A DNA stretch of 56,764 nucleotides, the filler included, from Dugesia japonica (lineage: Eukaryota): NCBI GenBank assembly GCA_001938525.1. It is 6 parts of 6 records of this genome, joined end to end, with 100 filler letters (N's around TTAATTAATTAA, not from the genome) between each part and the next. Parts side by side here need not be neighbours in the genome. Positions count along the whole stretch, not along the records: positions 37,955 to 46,625 come from MQRL01293102.1; positions 46,726 to 56,764 come from MQRL01616997.1; 4 more parts are not named here. One strand, 5' to 3'. A program made the translations under genes and the position numbers. Under the pieces are notes generated by a model. It ran no database searches, was not told where the DNA came from, and saw only the letters and a program-made list of their open reading frames with translations. Below are positions 45,150-56,764 of the stretch, piece after piece. Position 1 is the stretch's first letter, and the number at the start of each line of letters is the position of its first letter.

Positions 45150-46540
45150 GACTTGTCTCAATTAATTGTTAAATTTTGTATTGCAGTTTTGCCAATAACA
45201 ATATCTCTTAATATGGGGACCAAGAGCCGAGACGATAGTTTTGAGAACTTCCAAGTCAAGAATATTAGATTTTATTTATATATATACTATACATATATAT
45301 ATATATATATAATCAGAGTCAATAAATATTCTTTGCCCATTACGTTTGGCAAAAGACCCATAATATCAACGTCTAGAATTTTGAATTTCTCTTGGTTTGG
45401 TCGTGATCCTAACCTTGATTTTTTGTGTCCCGATATGTTCGCTTTTGGCATATGAGACAATCTCTTGTCCATCTTTTAATGCCAGATATCATGTTGGGAT
45501 ATACATAACGTTGTTTGAACATCTTTATAGAGTTGTTAGTTCCGAGATATGAGAAGTTGTGTATTCTCTAGAATTTTTCAAATCTGAAGCAACTTGGCAA
45601 TATTATTCTTCTTTGGCTATTAGAGACATCAACAATAACATTGTCGAGTTGTTTTATTTCTTATTCTTTGTCATCTTCCTTTATTTATGAAAAAAATTCA
45701 GCAATTATATTATCGCTACTTTTCAGGTATCGAATCTCAGGCTTAAATTGATTTATGTATTCGATCCATCGCAATTGCTCGTTTGATATATCTTTCATTG
45801 TTTCCATGTTCATTAATGGCTTGTGATCTGTGCGCAATTTGTACTGCTTACATTCTTTTAAATTTATAAAGTGATTGTTGACAAATAATTTGCTTAACAT
45901 TCACTATTAAATGCGGCATATTTATTTTATTCCTTGCTCAATTTCTTTGAAAATGATGATATTGTTTGTAACTTACCGTTACTTTCATGACTGAGACTGC
46001 TTACTTGAACAATCTTTTTTTCTTGATTGCTCGGGTGAGTAAATTATGTAAAGAAAATAAAATGTTTGATAAATTAGGATTATTCATGGATATAATGTTA
46101 TTATGCTTTTAGAATCTGTTATGTCAGTATATCTTTTATGGTTGTTATATTTTCATGAATTGGGTAAACACCTTGTGATTTAAAAATCAAAAAATTTTAT
46201 ATCTGATTCGTGAGTGTCTTCCAGTGCAATTGCTATACATGTCTTTTCAAGATATATTAATGAAATTATTAGGCTGGATAACACTTGATCTAAAATATCC
46301 GATATCTGAGGAATGGGATACCTGTCGAGTTTTGTTGTTGCATGGAAAGTTTGATATCAAGTACATGAACTTTGTCTTTGGTTTTGTGATATCTGATAAT
46401 TGAAAATTTGCTTCAATCTGCATGAATCCTATTGAAGGATTTTCAAAATAATTTGGAAACTTGATTGAGACGTAATTGTTTTTTGATATTCGACTTATGA
46501 GATCAATGTTTGGTTCGGAATTATCAAACAGAAACCTTGT
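45150..46540 (-). mobile_element. Decayed Ty3/Gypsy pol (RT, RNase H, integrase)
   Basis: DRYPIPQISDIL (RT), LRTDHKPL..RWIEYINQF..IRYLKSSDNIIAE (RNase H), LDVDIMGLLP..EYLLTLI (integrase) in Gypsy order. Confidence 0.85.
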
Positions 46541-46625
46541 GAATAAATTTAAATATTGTATTTAAATAACAAGTATTTGATTAAAACAATTGGATTTAGT
46601 ATCTGAATAATAATAATAATAATAA

Positions 46626-46725
46626 NNNNNNNNNNNNNNNNNNNNNNNNNNNNNNNNNNNNNNNNNNNNTTAATTAATTAANNNNNNNNNNNNNNNNNNN
46701 NNNNNNNNNNNNNNNNNNNNNNNNN
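46626..46725. other. Artificial contig linker
   Basis: 44 N + TTAATTAATTAA + 44 N. Confidence 0.97.
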
Positions 46726-47250
46726 TATTGGCTGAAATTATTAATTAATAATTATATCCACATAATTGTAATGGAAGGGTAAAACAGAAGCATATTAAAG
46801 CTAAAGCTGGAAAAAGCTTTATATTGTCAATAAAGAAAGTAACATATGCATATAAAACTGGCCCTCTTTAGGGCCGCAAATTTTGATTGAAATTTCTTGA
46901 TTATTTTTTTATATTAGTAAAATGTTTTAAAGTTACTTTTGTTTATTATTATTTTTTATATTAAATTGTAAAGAAATTTTTTATATTAGTCAAAGTGTTT
47001 TTTTTATAATAAATTAAATTGTTTATATCAAATTATAATTTTTTTATTATAAAATTTTAAAATAATTGTATGGAAATTAATGTCTGGAAATTATTGTCTG
47101 GAATGTTTTGACAAACCTGAAAATGTCAATTTTTATCGATGTAGGCAATATTTTTTAAAGAAATTTTTCTCAAATAATGTTAAATATTGATTTGCTACAC
47201 TTTTAAATTAAATTTATGATATTAACATTTTTATTTCACAAATTTGTTTT

Positions 47251-48130
47251 CAGGTGTGCATAATTATTGACAAAATCCAGAAAAAGTACAACATGTAACT
47301 ATATATTTATCTCATTACCATTATTTACAATTACTTTAACTAAAAAAGTTTCAAAGATTGATAATAATTCGTTGTTTGGTTGTATCGATTCACAACAACG
47401 CTTTCCATATTTTTTCCGTTAAATCGTTTAAAACTTTCCAGATATTCTCCATTATGTTTAAATCTGGAGATTGGGCAGGCCATGATAACACTGGAAAATG
47501 CGCACCAGCAATCCATTCTTTAACTATCTTTGCAATAAGGATTCTGGAATTATCATGTTGGAACAAGAAATACTTCCCATAATTCAATGTACAAATGGGT
47601 ACAATACTTTTACAAAGTAGGTCTACATATTCAGGACTTTTGAAGTCTCTATTTAATGTTTTATGCGATAAAGACCATTTGGCAGAACCATGACTCATAC
47701 CATAATATGCCTACATTTCTTCTGGTACCTGAGACAATAAATGATTTGATTTCTTATGCATATGTTGATGCATATGTTCTCCAGTCATCTGGTTCATCAA
47801 AGGAACCACAATTTTTGTCTGAAAAAATTGTTCGCTATGATAGATGATTTTCTGTTAACCACTTCTTCGTCACATCACAGCGTAAAACAGAGTAAAATCT
47901 TGTCCAATGGTTTAGTTGTAAACTTCTTCTTACTTTCTTGTACATCATGCCTTGTTTTCGTTCTCTTTTTTTCGGTCCTCTTTTCATTGACTTTGTTATT
48001 AATCTTTTTCGGCAAATACTAATTACAGAATTCCTAGATATTTTGGTTTTTTCAGATATTCTTGTGAAACATCTAATTTAGGGCTTTGCAATACCTCCGA
48101 AAAGCTAACATCATTCATAACCCTCGCATC
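47251..48130 (-). mobile_element. Tc1-family transposon remnant
   Basis: FLFQHDNS and WPAQSPDLNIMENIW. CAGGTGTGCATAATTATTG at 47251 resembles a Tc1 terminus. Confidence 0.85.
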
Positions 48131-49509
48131 AATAACGATTTTGGTAATAAAAGTAGCGGCATTAAAAGATTGAATAAAAGTAGTCTTACTAGTTTGTGAA
48201 TTTTCTCTCTTTAGTTTTTCCTTTTAAAATGTCTAAATGGCTTTGAATTACTTAAGGTTTTTTGAAGGCAACAATATTTTTAATAGCGGGTGAAGGTATA
48301 ATATGAAATAACAGACTGTTTCTACACATAGATCCAGGTTTGACTTTCAGAAGAGAGCAGAGACCTGAAATGGAAGTTGAAGTAAGTAAATGCAAAACAG
48401 TATCCCTTAGAGCAGATCCAAGAGATTCAATTTGACCAAAATCAACATAAGAAAGTAAAATATCTAAATCATCATGAAGGTTCTCAGAAAAAATAACTGT
48501 ATTAGACAAAACATTATCCAATTCACTATTTCAGAGGTTAGGTGATTTAAGAACGGACAGACCACCAATAGGATCAGGAGAAGAGAAAAACTCCTTAGAC
48601 ACAACATCAGTATCTAGTTTAGTAGAAATTTTAGAATTAAAATTTTAAAACTTAAGTAATTTTTCATAAATTATTTTACTTTCATTGAAAAAAATTTCTT
48701 TTTCAGAATTTAATAAATTAATTAATTTGAAAGGTTAATAATAAGTTCACGAATAATTGGTTAGAAATTTTAATGATTGAATAAATTTAATTGTTCCAAG
48801 TAGATGATTAATTAATAAAGCAAATTAGAAGGACTTTTTTCAAAAGAATATTTTCTTTAATAACATGAACTTATGTTACAAAATCATTATTTAAAAAATC
48901 ACGAATAAAAATAATAATAATTTAAATACTAAAATATAAAGCAAAATAGAAAGCTAAGCAAAAAAAGACAAATAAAGAAATGTTTTAAACAAAATGTAAA
49001 TGTTTATTTGTTGTTTCAAATTAATTCTTCTTTTATTGGTTGTTTTTACATTTAAATATTCCAATCATTTTCAATCAAATTATCTTTGATGAAATCATCA
49101 GTCAATATAANNNNNNNNNNNNNNNNNNNNNNNNNNNNNNNNNNNNNNNNNNNNNNNNNNNNNNNNNNNNNNNNNNNNNNNNNNNNNNNNNNNNNNNNNN
49201 NNNNNNNNNNTTTTCAATTCTCTTTTTCATCTTGAATAATTCTCTTATTTTTAATTTAGAATCACTCTCAACTGTACTAAAAGCTAAATCAATTGAATAA
49301 TGAAATGTAATATGATATATATAAGAAAATTCAAAATATATTTTGTCAACAAGTACAAAGTATTTCTCTGAACATTTAAAAATTTCTTCAATTTTCTCAG
49401 TATGTCGAGAATAAAGTAAAGAAAATCTTTTAATGAAAAATGGAAGAAAATTTTCTTTTATTTTACCTAACAAATTCTTTCCACAAACAGAACATTTCAT
49501 GATTCAATT

Positions 49510-49920
49510 TCATACCTTCAAGATAATTTTTAATTGACCATTTTCTATTTCTCTGCTGTTTTTATAATTACAAATCAAATGTTTTACATATTTAATGAAA
49601 TCTTCTTTGTTTTTCAATATATTATCGATTGTTACAAATTTATCATTTATTAAATCGTGAATATTTCTATAAATAATGTTTTTATAATTTTCTAATGAAT
49701 AATCATTAGCCATGTTGATTTGTTCTCCCGAATTATGATTGTTATGGATCTCAATATTAAATGCTTCACTTCTCTCAAAATAAAATGGCCAGTTTCCGTG
49801 AAAAATCCAGTAATTTTCAATACATTTCAAACACAATTTATATTAGCAAGATGTAAATTTTCCAAAAATATTTTTATCTACTTCATTTAAACAAATCAAA
49901 CAAACAAATTAAACAAACAA
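49510..49920 (-). pseudogene. Decayed RING-finger ORF
   Basis: CLICL..(frameshift)NEVDKNIFGKFTSC*YKLCLKCIENYW..NWPFY: RING spacing with lost ligands. Confidence 0.5.
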
Positions 49921-50155
49921 AAAAGAAACAGATAAACGAATTTATAGAAAATAAATTAGGATTGAAATGCCTATAATAAATATAGGGTTGTATATTCACT
50001 GAAAACTCAAATATTTTAACTGAACTGAAAATCATTTCAATTGTTCTTATAGGATCCATTTTCGAAGATGAATAATGTTTAATTGATTGAGAAAGTTCCA
50101 ATAAATTCATATTTTCTTTATGCTTTGTTGGATTATCAAGAATGCTACAACATTA

Positions 50156-50476
50156 CTATAAAAATGTTTGAGAATTGTTGAAATTATCAATTGGTTTGAG
50201 GAGAATAGTCAACCAATTTCGTTCAATTTTATTAAAAATCACTTGGCGATTCTTTGACCATATTGTACACAAAAATTCCTCAATTGGTTTCGATACTTTT
50301 TCGTTATTTTGAAATTCATTGACAACTTCAACTTTAAAACCGTCAATTGGGCATATTAGACAATCTGAAAATATGAAATCATCCAAGCAATCAACACAAA
50401 ACACACGATTGCACTTGTTTACTGTTGCATAATTTTCATTAGCCACATCATAGCATATTATACAAAATAGTTCCAT
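50156..50476 (-). CDS. Small intronless RING-finger protein (putative viral E3 ligase)
   Basis: CIIC..CNRVFCVDC..CPID, a C3HC4 pattern with Arg at the His position. Confidence 0.7.
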   Translation of the reverse strand: MELFCIICYDVANENYATVNKCNRVFCVDCLDDFIFSDCLICPIDGFKVEVVNEFQNNEKVSKPIEEFLCTIWSKNRQVIFNKIERNWLTILLKPIDNFNNSQTFL

Positions 50477-51066
50477 TTTATGATCTAATTATTGTTGAAA
50501 TTAAAACAAATTTATTGTTTCCTTTTTAATATAATCAAAAATAACAAATTAAAGTTGAATTAAATTACAAAATAATTATTATAATTAATAATTATTAACC
50601 ATTATTTTTAAATAATTTTATAACACGTTTTGGTTAATAAATTTGGAATTATAAAAAATGATGAAAATGTACCAATAAATATTTTTTAAATTGAACTCAT
50701 TTTTGAGGAAATAAGAAATTGTGCCTGGGAAAAATTGTAAGCCAAGATCATTTTAAAGTAAAATGANCAATAGTATTTGCTAAAAAATTACGTAACTATC
50801 AGATTAATTAATAATTTCATTGAACGTAAATTGAATATCAAATTGTCAAATAATCTATCAAGAAAAAATTTTAAATGATAATTGAACATTCACAAAAATG
50901 TTATTGGCTCTATTTCCTTCAACATTTCCTTCTGTTTTTCTGATAAAATGACATCATTCAGTTTTGGAAAGTTTACAATGCTTACAATTATTTAATTTAA
51001 GAAATAGTATTAAAATTATTAATTTAATTAATTAATTAAATTAATTAATTACATCAATTAATTCTT

Positions 51067-51294
51067 TTAATATTTCATCATTATCGATTGATAATAAAAA
51101 TATTTCAATCCAATTAGTACAATATTTCCACTTGAAAATAAGTTAACACATATTGGATCATATTTAGAAACTCTTAAACCAGGAAATAGTTCTGTTTAAT
51201 ATACGCATTTGACTCGTTTCGAAAAATCATATAAATTAATCATAGTTTACAAATTATGAGCAATAGTAAGTGATTCAAATTGAATATTCTTGAT
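51067..51294 (-). pseudogene. TATA-binding-protein-like gene, C-terminal half
   Basis: INLYDF..CVY*TELFPGLRV..PICVNLFSSGNIVLIG matches TBP repeat 2 YEPELFPGL..P..VLLIFVSGKVVLTG. Confidence 0.8.
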
Positions 51295-54024
51295 TATGGC
51301 TTTCAATACCGGGATCCCGGATATTTTCCTGTCACCATAATCCCGGTGCTGAGATTTACTCAATCCCAGTATTCCGGTACTGGTATCGATTTTTCTTAAT
51401 TATCACCTAATTGCTCAAAATAAACACATAACGACAATTGAACAAAAAATTCAAAATTGGTTCACCTTTAGATTTGTAGCAAGGTCGTGATTCACTGAAC
51501 GAGTTTTGTTACTTGCGATACACCTTTTCGAAACTCAAGTCTAGCTTCCGCATTTGTTCCAAATACAGAATATTTGTAGTTGATTATTTGCATCTTATAT
51601 TTTTTAATAGATTTATGTGAATGCAATAAATATTTTTCAATTAGGATAGTTATTCTAAACTAAAATAACGTTAAAAAAATTTGTTCAGCAAAATATCTAT
51701 ATTTACTTTGCTCAGAAACATTTTTACGTTGCCTTTTAAAAATTGTAGTCAGTGCACGAACATTGGTTTTATTAACTAGTAGGCTATTTGCATAATTTTT
51801 CCGCAAATGTCAATTTTTCTAAAAATTATCGTTTGCAATTGGGAAATAACTCACTGACTCAATTTTAGAATTTTGACTCGATTGCATGTATTATTTCATA
51901 TGTTACTCAATTGATGATTCATATTTACAATAAAGTAATTGATCTAAATTCGATGAAAATACTTTTTTTTCTAATTGAAATTTAATGTTTTAAAGCTATG
52001 TCAGAAAACAAAAAGCTCATTTTTTATGAGTGCAGCCAAAGTACGATTGAAAAAACGCCAATTTGGGAGAATGTTTTTACGTGAAACATCAGGAGAGTTT
52101 GGCAAATGCAAACTATGTTACAAGATATTGAAGATGGCTGAAAAATCTACAAGTGGTCTCCATAAGCACTTGCCATCAATTCACTCCAATATAAAGTTGA
52201 AGAGGTCCCCATTGGCAAATGTAGAACCAGCAGCAAAGCGAACCAATCTGGGAAATCTAAAAAGTTATGGCTCAATCAAAACGTATCTCGCATTTTGTGA
52301 GCAGTACTGGCCCGTATGACAACAAGTGATGATCGTCCATTCAGCATTTTCATCACGTCAATCGAGTTACACAAATCGCTCTTGGCTTCGGGGTTTCATG
52401 TTCCAAAATCTTCAGTGACAATACGAGACATAGTCATGAAATATGGTAACAGTATTCAACAAAAGTATAATTAAAGACTAAAGGTAAACGTTTCAGTCTA
52501 ACATTCGACGAATGAACTTCGATTAAAAATCGTTGTTACCTAAACATGAATGCGCACATCAAGAACCAGTTTTGGAACTTAAGATTGACCCGAGTGCATG
52601 GATCATTGCCAGCAGAGAGCTGCGTTGAACTCCTTAAGTAAAGATTAAAGTTGTTTGGATTAGATTTACACAAAGATATTGTGTGTGTTACGACGGACGG
52701 TGGCTCTGTCATGCAAAAAGTGGGGAAATTGCTTGCTTGCTTGCAGCAACTTTGTTTAGCCCATGCTGTGAATTTAGCAGTCTTAGATGTCCTCTACAAG
52801 AAACCCAAATCTGCATCGAAGGAAGTAGCTTTAGATAGTGCTGACAGTGAATCAGACGATGAAGATGAAGGGGAAGGATTTCAAATTGTTAGTGAAGCAG
52901 ACGTGCTGGAGCTGGCGGATAACTTACATCCATTAATCCGAAAAGTAAGAACTANTGTAAAATTGTTCCATAAATCACAGACAAAAAACGGTATTCTGCA
53001 AAAACATATTAAATAACAATCCTGCAGAGAAATTCATTAAATGATCGACGTTAAGACATAGTGGAATAGACTGCTTTTTATGTTGCAACGATGTTTTCAA
53101 GTAAAGAACTGTAATTTGATATCATTGATCGATGTCAAATCAACTGTGTCATTTGATGAGAATGAATTGAACGTGATTTGTAGTTTGGTCGAAACAATTG
53201 AACTTGTAAAATTAGCGTGTGAATCGTTTTGTCGTCTCGACGCAACGCTTCTGTTAGCTGACACAGCAATTTCTTTTATGATTGACAACTTAGGCATCAG
53301 TGACTTAGACAAGCGAATGAAAGAATCTCTCTCGCATCGCATGAACGAGCGGCGGACTGAGGTCTTACGTTTATTGCAGTATCTCCACAAAGGTAACCAT
53401 GGCTGCGCTGAAAGTATTGTGGAATCGCTCTTAAATTTTGGACATATGAAAAAAGCGACGATCATCGCCATGATTGCTAGCCGGGTAAATTTGTCCAATA
53501 ATATTTTGCCATCTGAACCAGAGGCAGAAACTGAAATCGCTGTGGAAGTCGAATCGCCACTCTCTCTACAAGAAAAATTTGATCGAGCTATTAACGACGA
53601 AATCAATGCTAAAATGACATCAAAAACATGCTCGACTAAAAATATTACTAGCATTGTAAATAAAGACTTGATAAATTGAGGGAAAGCGGTTTTTTCTGAA
53701 TGTGACAAAATTGAGACTAAAATCCAAACATCATTGAACGACGAGAGCTAGGACATATTGAGCTTTAAAAGATCTTACTTTCAGTCAGAGAATTTGAATG
53801 AATAACTAAGAAGCGTCACTTGGTTTTTCTTACTCATAATATTTCTTACTTTATAAAATTGAACAGAAAAATTGAATAAAAATATGTTATTGAGTTGATA
53901 TTTTAATTGTTTTTTAATTATCGAAAATCCGTTAATCCCAGCGCCAGCACAGGGATCCTGGGACTGTAAATTTTCAGTGCAGTAATCCCGATTCTGGAAA
54001 ACTGTTCCAGTATTGGAAGCCTTA
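51295..54024 (+). mobile_element. hAT DNA transposon with TIRs and 8-bp TSD; transposase pseudogene at ~51998-53790
   Basis: TSD TTCTTGAT at 51287-51294 and 54025-54032. TIRs TATGGCTTTCAATAC and (reverse complement) TAAGGCTTCCAATAC. Subterminal ATCCC(G/A)G motifs. BED finger CKLC..STSGLHKHL..IH, FSLTFDE*TS, TTDGGS, CLAH. Confidence 0.93.
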
Positions 54025-54219
54025 TTCTTGATTTTATACTTTAAACCCTTTGGTCTTATTGGTTTCTTACACCCCATAATTCTATAATTTTCTAAATTAA
54101 AGAAAACAAGGGTATATTTATCGGTTTTCTCAAAAACTTGAGCTGATTTTTCACCAGGAAATCTCATTTCTGGTCACGTCTTTAAAAACTTTTCATCTGT
54201 AATTAATATTTGTAATCAT
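54025..54219 (-). pseudogene. TATA-binding-protein-like gene, N-terminal half
   Basis: MITNINYR.. then (frameshift) TLVFFNLENYRIMGCK, resembling TBP repeat 1 TALIFSSGKMVCTG. Joins the 51067-51294 half in frame once the hAT and one TSD copy are removed. Confidence 0.65.
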
Positions 54220-54309
54220 TAATTTAGAATAATTAATTTTTAAGGTGGTATATATTCCTGTATAAACAATATTAATTCAATAGATACGTTTAAACAAGCA
54301 TAAATTATA

Positions 54310-54790
54310 ATGGAATTAAGAAATGATGCTTTATATCAAATTGTTGAACCCAGTGGTAGTGGAATAACCTTGTTTGTGTGTAAATTATTGAAATCAAATT
54401 TATTCAAATCGAAATTCAATAAAATATATTGTCCAAGAGGTACAGATGAGGAGCATGGAATTTTTCAATCAGCACTTTGTGATATAAAAATGAAAATTAT
54501 TAATGGATTTTATGACAATTGGAGCAAGGGATTGAAAACAAGTGATGTGGTTGTTGTTGATAATTTGTATCAGGAAGCCAATAATAAAAAAGACTTTAAT
54601 AATTTATTCACAATAATATCACGACATTGTGGTGTTACTGTGATATTTATTACTCAAAATCTATTTCATCAAAGAGATAGTCATGGAAACCACCATTTAA
54701 ATGTTCAAAATTTGGTTATATTTAAAAACCCAAGAGATCAAACAGTTGCTGATTTTCTAGCGAGACAAACGTTTTACAATTGCAATTATT
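54310..54790 (+). pseudogene. Polinton packaging ATPase (A32/FtsK-HerA-like), decayed
   Basis: Degenerate Walker A IVEPSGSGIT, Walker B VVVVDNL, SRH..VIFITQNLF, FKNPRD. Confidence 0.88.
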
Positions 54791-54799
54791 GCGAGAATA

Positions 54800-55715
54800 A
54801 TGGTTATCAAACCAGTTAGCGAACAAGTCAATTTTTAAAAGATTCCCACCAAGACCGTATAAAACCTCTAGTATCGATGACTTAGGGCAAATATATTGGA
54901 TGGAAATGATCCCATATTCAAGAATTATTAAAGGTTACAAGATAATTGAACTTATGTCGATGTATTTAGTAGATTTGCAAAATCAGTGCCTATAAAATCA
55001 AAGACGTTTAATGAAATTGAAGCTACACTCAAGATAAAGTTTAAAGATGGTCATCCAGATAATTTACAAACTGATTAAGGAAAAGAATTTTATAATTCAA
55101 AAGTAAAGAGTATTATTAATCATCTAACAATTAATCATTATTGCGTATTTTTATAATACAAAGCAGCATATGTTGGAAGATTTAATCGAACATTTAGAGA
55201 TGCATTNAAAAGGTACTTTGTACATACTGGTAATAAGACATGAGTTCATGTATTACCAAAAATAATTGATAGTTATAATCATACAAGTCACAAAGAATTA
55301 AATGGAGCACGACCCGTTGATGTATCATCTGGCAATTCTATGAAATTATGGTTATTGAAACTAAATTCAAAAGCAATTATAAAACTTAAATATAAATTTG
55401 GTGATCATGTAAAAATCTCAAGGATATCAGCTTTACCATTCATCAAAGATTTCAATAATAATTGAAGTGATAAAGTATTTCAAATATTAAAGATCAATAC
55501 CAAGCAGAATCCAGTCATGTATGTGATTAAAGATCATAAGGAAACTATTATAATTAGAAAAGTTACAAAGAAGAATTACAAGTCATAGTACGACCAAGAG
55601 TATTTAGAATAGAAAAGATTATAAAGTCAAAAGAAACTGGTAAATATAAACAATTATATTTAAAATGACATGTTTACAAAAAACTTACTTGGATATTTGC
55701 ATCTCAATTAGTTAA
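54800..55715 (+). pseudogene. Polinton retroviral-type integrase with C-terminal chromodomain, decayed
   Basis: VDVFSRFA..VPIKSK, LQTD*GKEFYN, KAAYVGRFNRT, YNHTSH..PVDV, KYKFGDHVKIS, FRIEKII..TWI. Confidence 0.9.
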
Positions 55716-55724
55716 AAATAAACA

Positions 55725-56750
55725 ACGCGAATAATTTCTATACAATTTTACCAAGTGATAGTTTTCTACGTATTCATGTAGATAATAATGCTAGTAAATT
55801 TATAGTTGAACTTGATAATCCTATTTACCTGAACAATAATTGGAAAGTAGCATTGATGGACTTTACTTTCCTTTATAATACATTTTTAATCTATAGAAAT
55901 GTATCTTTCGAATGTGTAACTGGATATCAACAATCAAACTAAAAATATATCGCAATCGATAACAATGCAGAATAATTAGTTATTAATGATGTTGCTGTTG
56001 ATGTATTTGATGAAAAACTTGTTATTTATAATGAAACCTCAAGATTACGATTTATGATTTGAAACTCTGGAAGAAGCAAAANNNNNNNNNNNNNNNNNNN
56101 NNNNNNNNNNNNNNNNNNNNNNNNNNNNNNNNNNNNNNNNNNNNNNNNNNNNNNNNNNNNNNNNNNNNNNNNNNNNNNNNNNNNNNNNNNNNNNNNNAAA
56201 ATACTGCTGTATTATATTTTGATGACGAATTATACATTAAAGATATACCTGAATTAAATGAACACATCACACTTGTTTATAGAAATATATTCAAAACTTT
56301 TAGTTTAAAAAAAATGAACCATTTAAATTTTCATTGGAAACACATATTAAAAGAATCATCTTTGATAGAATCCTGACAAAAACATTGGAATTGGATAGTC
56401 AAAGTAATATACCCAAAGTAATTTAAACATAGTTCTTAAACAGGAAATATTCAAAGAAGTTAAAAATCCAAAAATAATCACAAATTCTTCATCAAATGTT
56501 CATCTTTCGTAATATTTTCGAATCTATAATAGTTGATGATTCAAATGTACCTTTGTTGAAATTAGTATGGCTGGAGAGTTATGAAGATGAAAACCTCGTT
56601 CAAATAATAGTTAAAAATCTAATCTATCTACTAATTGCTGCTTCATGTATAAACAATATAAAAATAAAATATCAGAGATGATAAGGGTGATTTAATTAGA
56701 TTTGGCTCTAGCGCAAAAACTCATTTAACATTACATTTTATAAAATTAAA
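55725..56750 (+). pseudogene. Polinton minor capsid (penton), decayed
   Basis: FYTILPSDS..NNASKF.VEL.NPIYL..NWKVAL at the N-terminus; FESIIVDDSNVPLLKLV..INNIKI at the C-terminus. Confidence 0.8.
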
Positions 56751-56764
56751 TGTCTTATCCTGCT

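Noticed and set aside
48252-48650. Possible further Ulp1/NeSL N-terminal fragment (LRDTVLH)
   Set aside because: No catalytic motif visible; too weak to call.
53097-53708. 203-aa minus-strand ORF
   Set aside because: Antisense shadow of the hAT transposase.
53781-54167. 128-aa ORF as a real gene
   Set aside because: Chimera of the TBP-like N-terminal half reading into the hAT terminus.

Overview
Very AT-rich eukaryotic, most likely animal, DNA (spliceosomal introns, TRPA-type channel exons). The window is not contiguous: six unrelated ~9-11 kb contigs are joined by five artificial 100-bp linkers (44 N + TTAATTAATTAA + 44 N), so nothing should be linked across them. Contig 1 (1-10859) is a stack of decayed transposons (NeSL/Utopia-type with Ulp1 domains, hAT-like, Gypsy, Tc1/IS630, REL fragment, Helitron, Penelope). 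Contig 2 (10960-20106) is a nearly intact Polinton/adintovirus segment: pPolB, pX-like core protein, conserved ORF, penton, adenain protease, fibre-like ORF. Contig 3 (20207-28863) has two TRPA-like host exons among remnants. Contig 4 (28964-37854) is an odd retroelement polyprotein with two capsid modules, about 16 zinc knuckles and a protease but no RT. Contig 5 (37955-46625) has a decayed second pPolB, a 40-codon repeat, a Cys-rich host gene and a Gypsy pol remnant. Contig 6 (46726-56764) has a Tc1 remnant and a decayed Polinton (RING ORFs, ATPase, integrase, penton). The top finding is in contig 6: removing a hAT transposon at its exact 8-bp target duplication rebuilds a TATA-binding-protein-like gene inside that Polinton, head-to-head with the packaging ATPase. 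All calls rest on hand translation and motif recognition; no searches were run.
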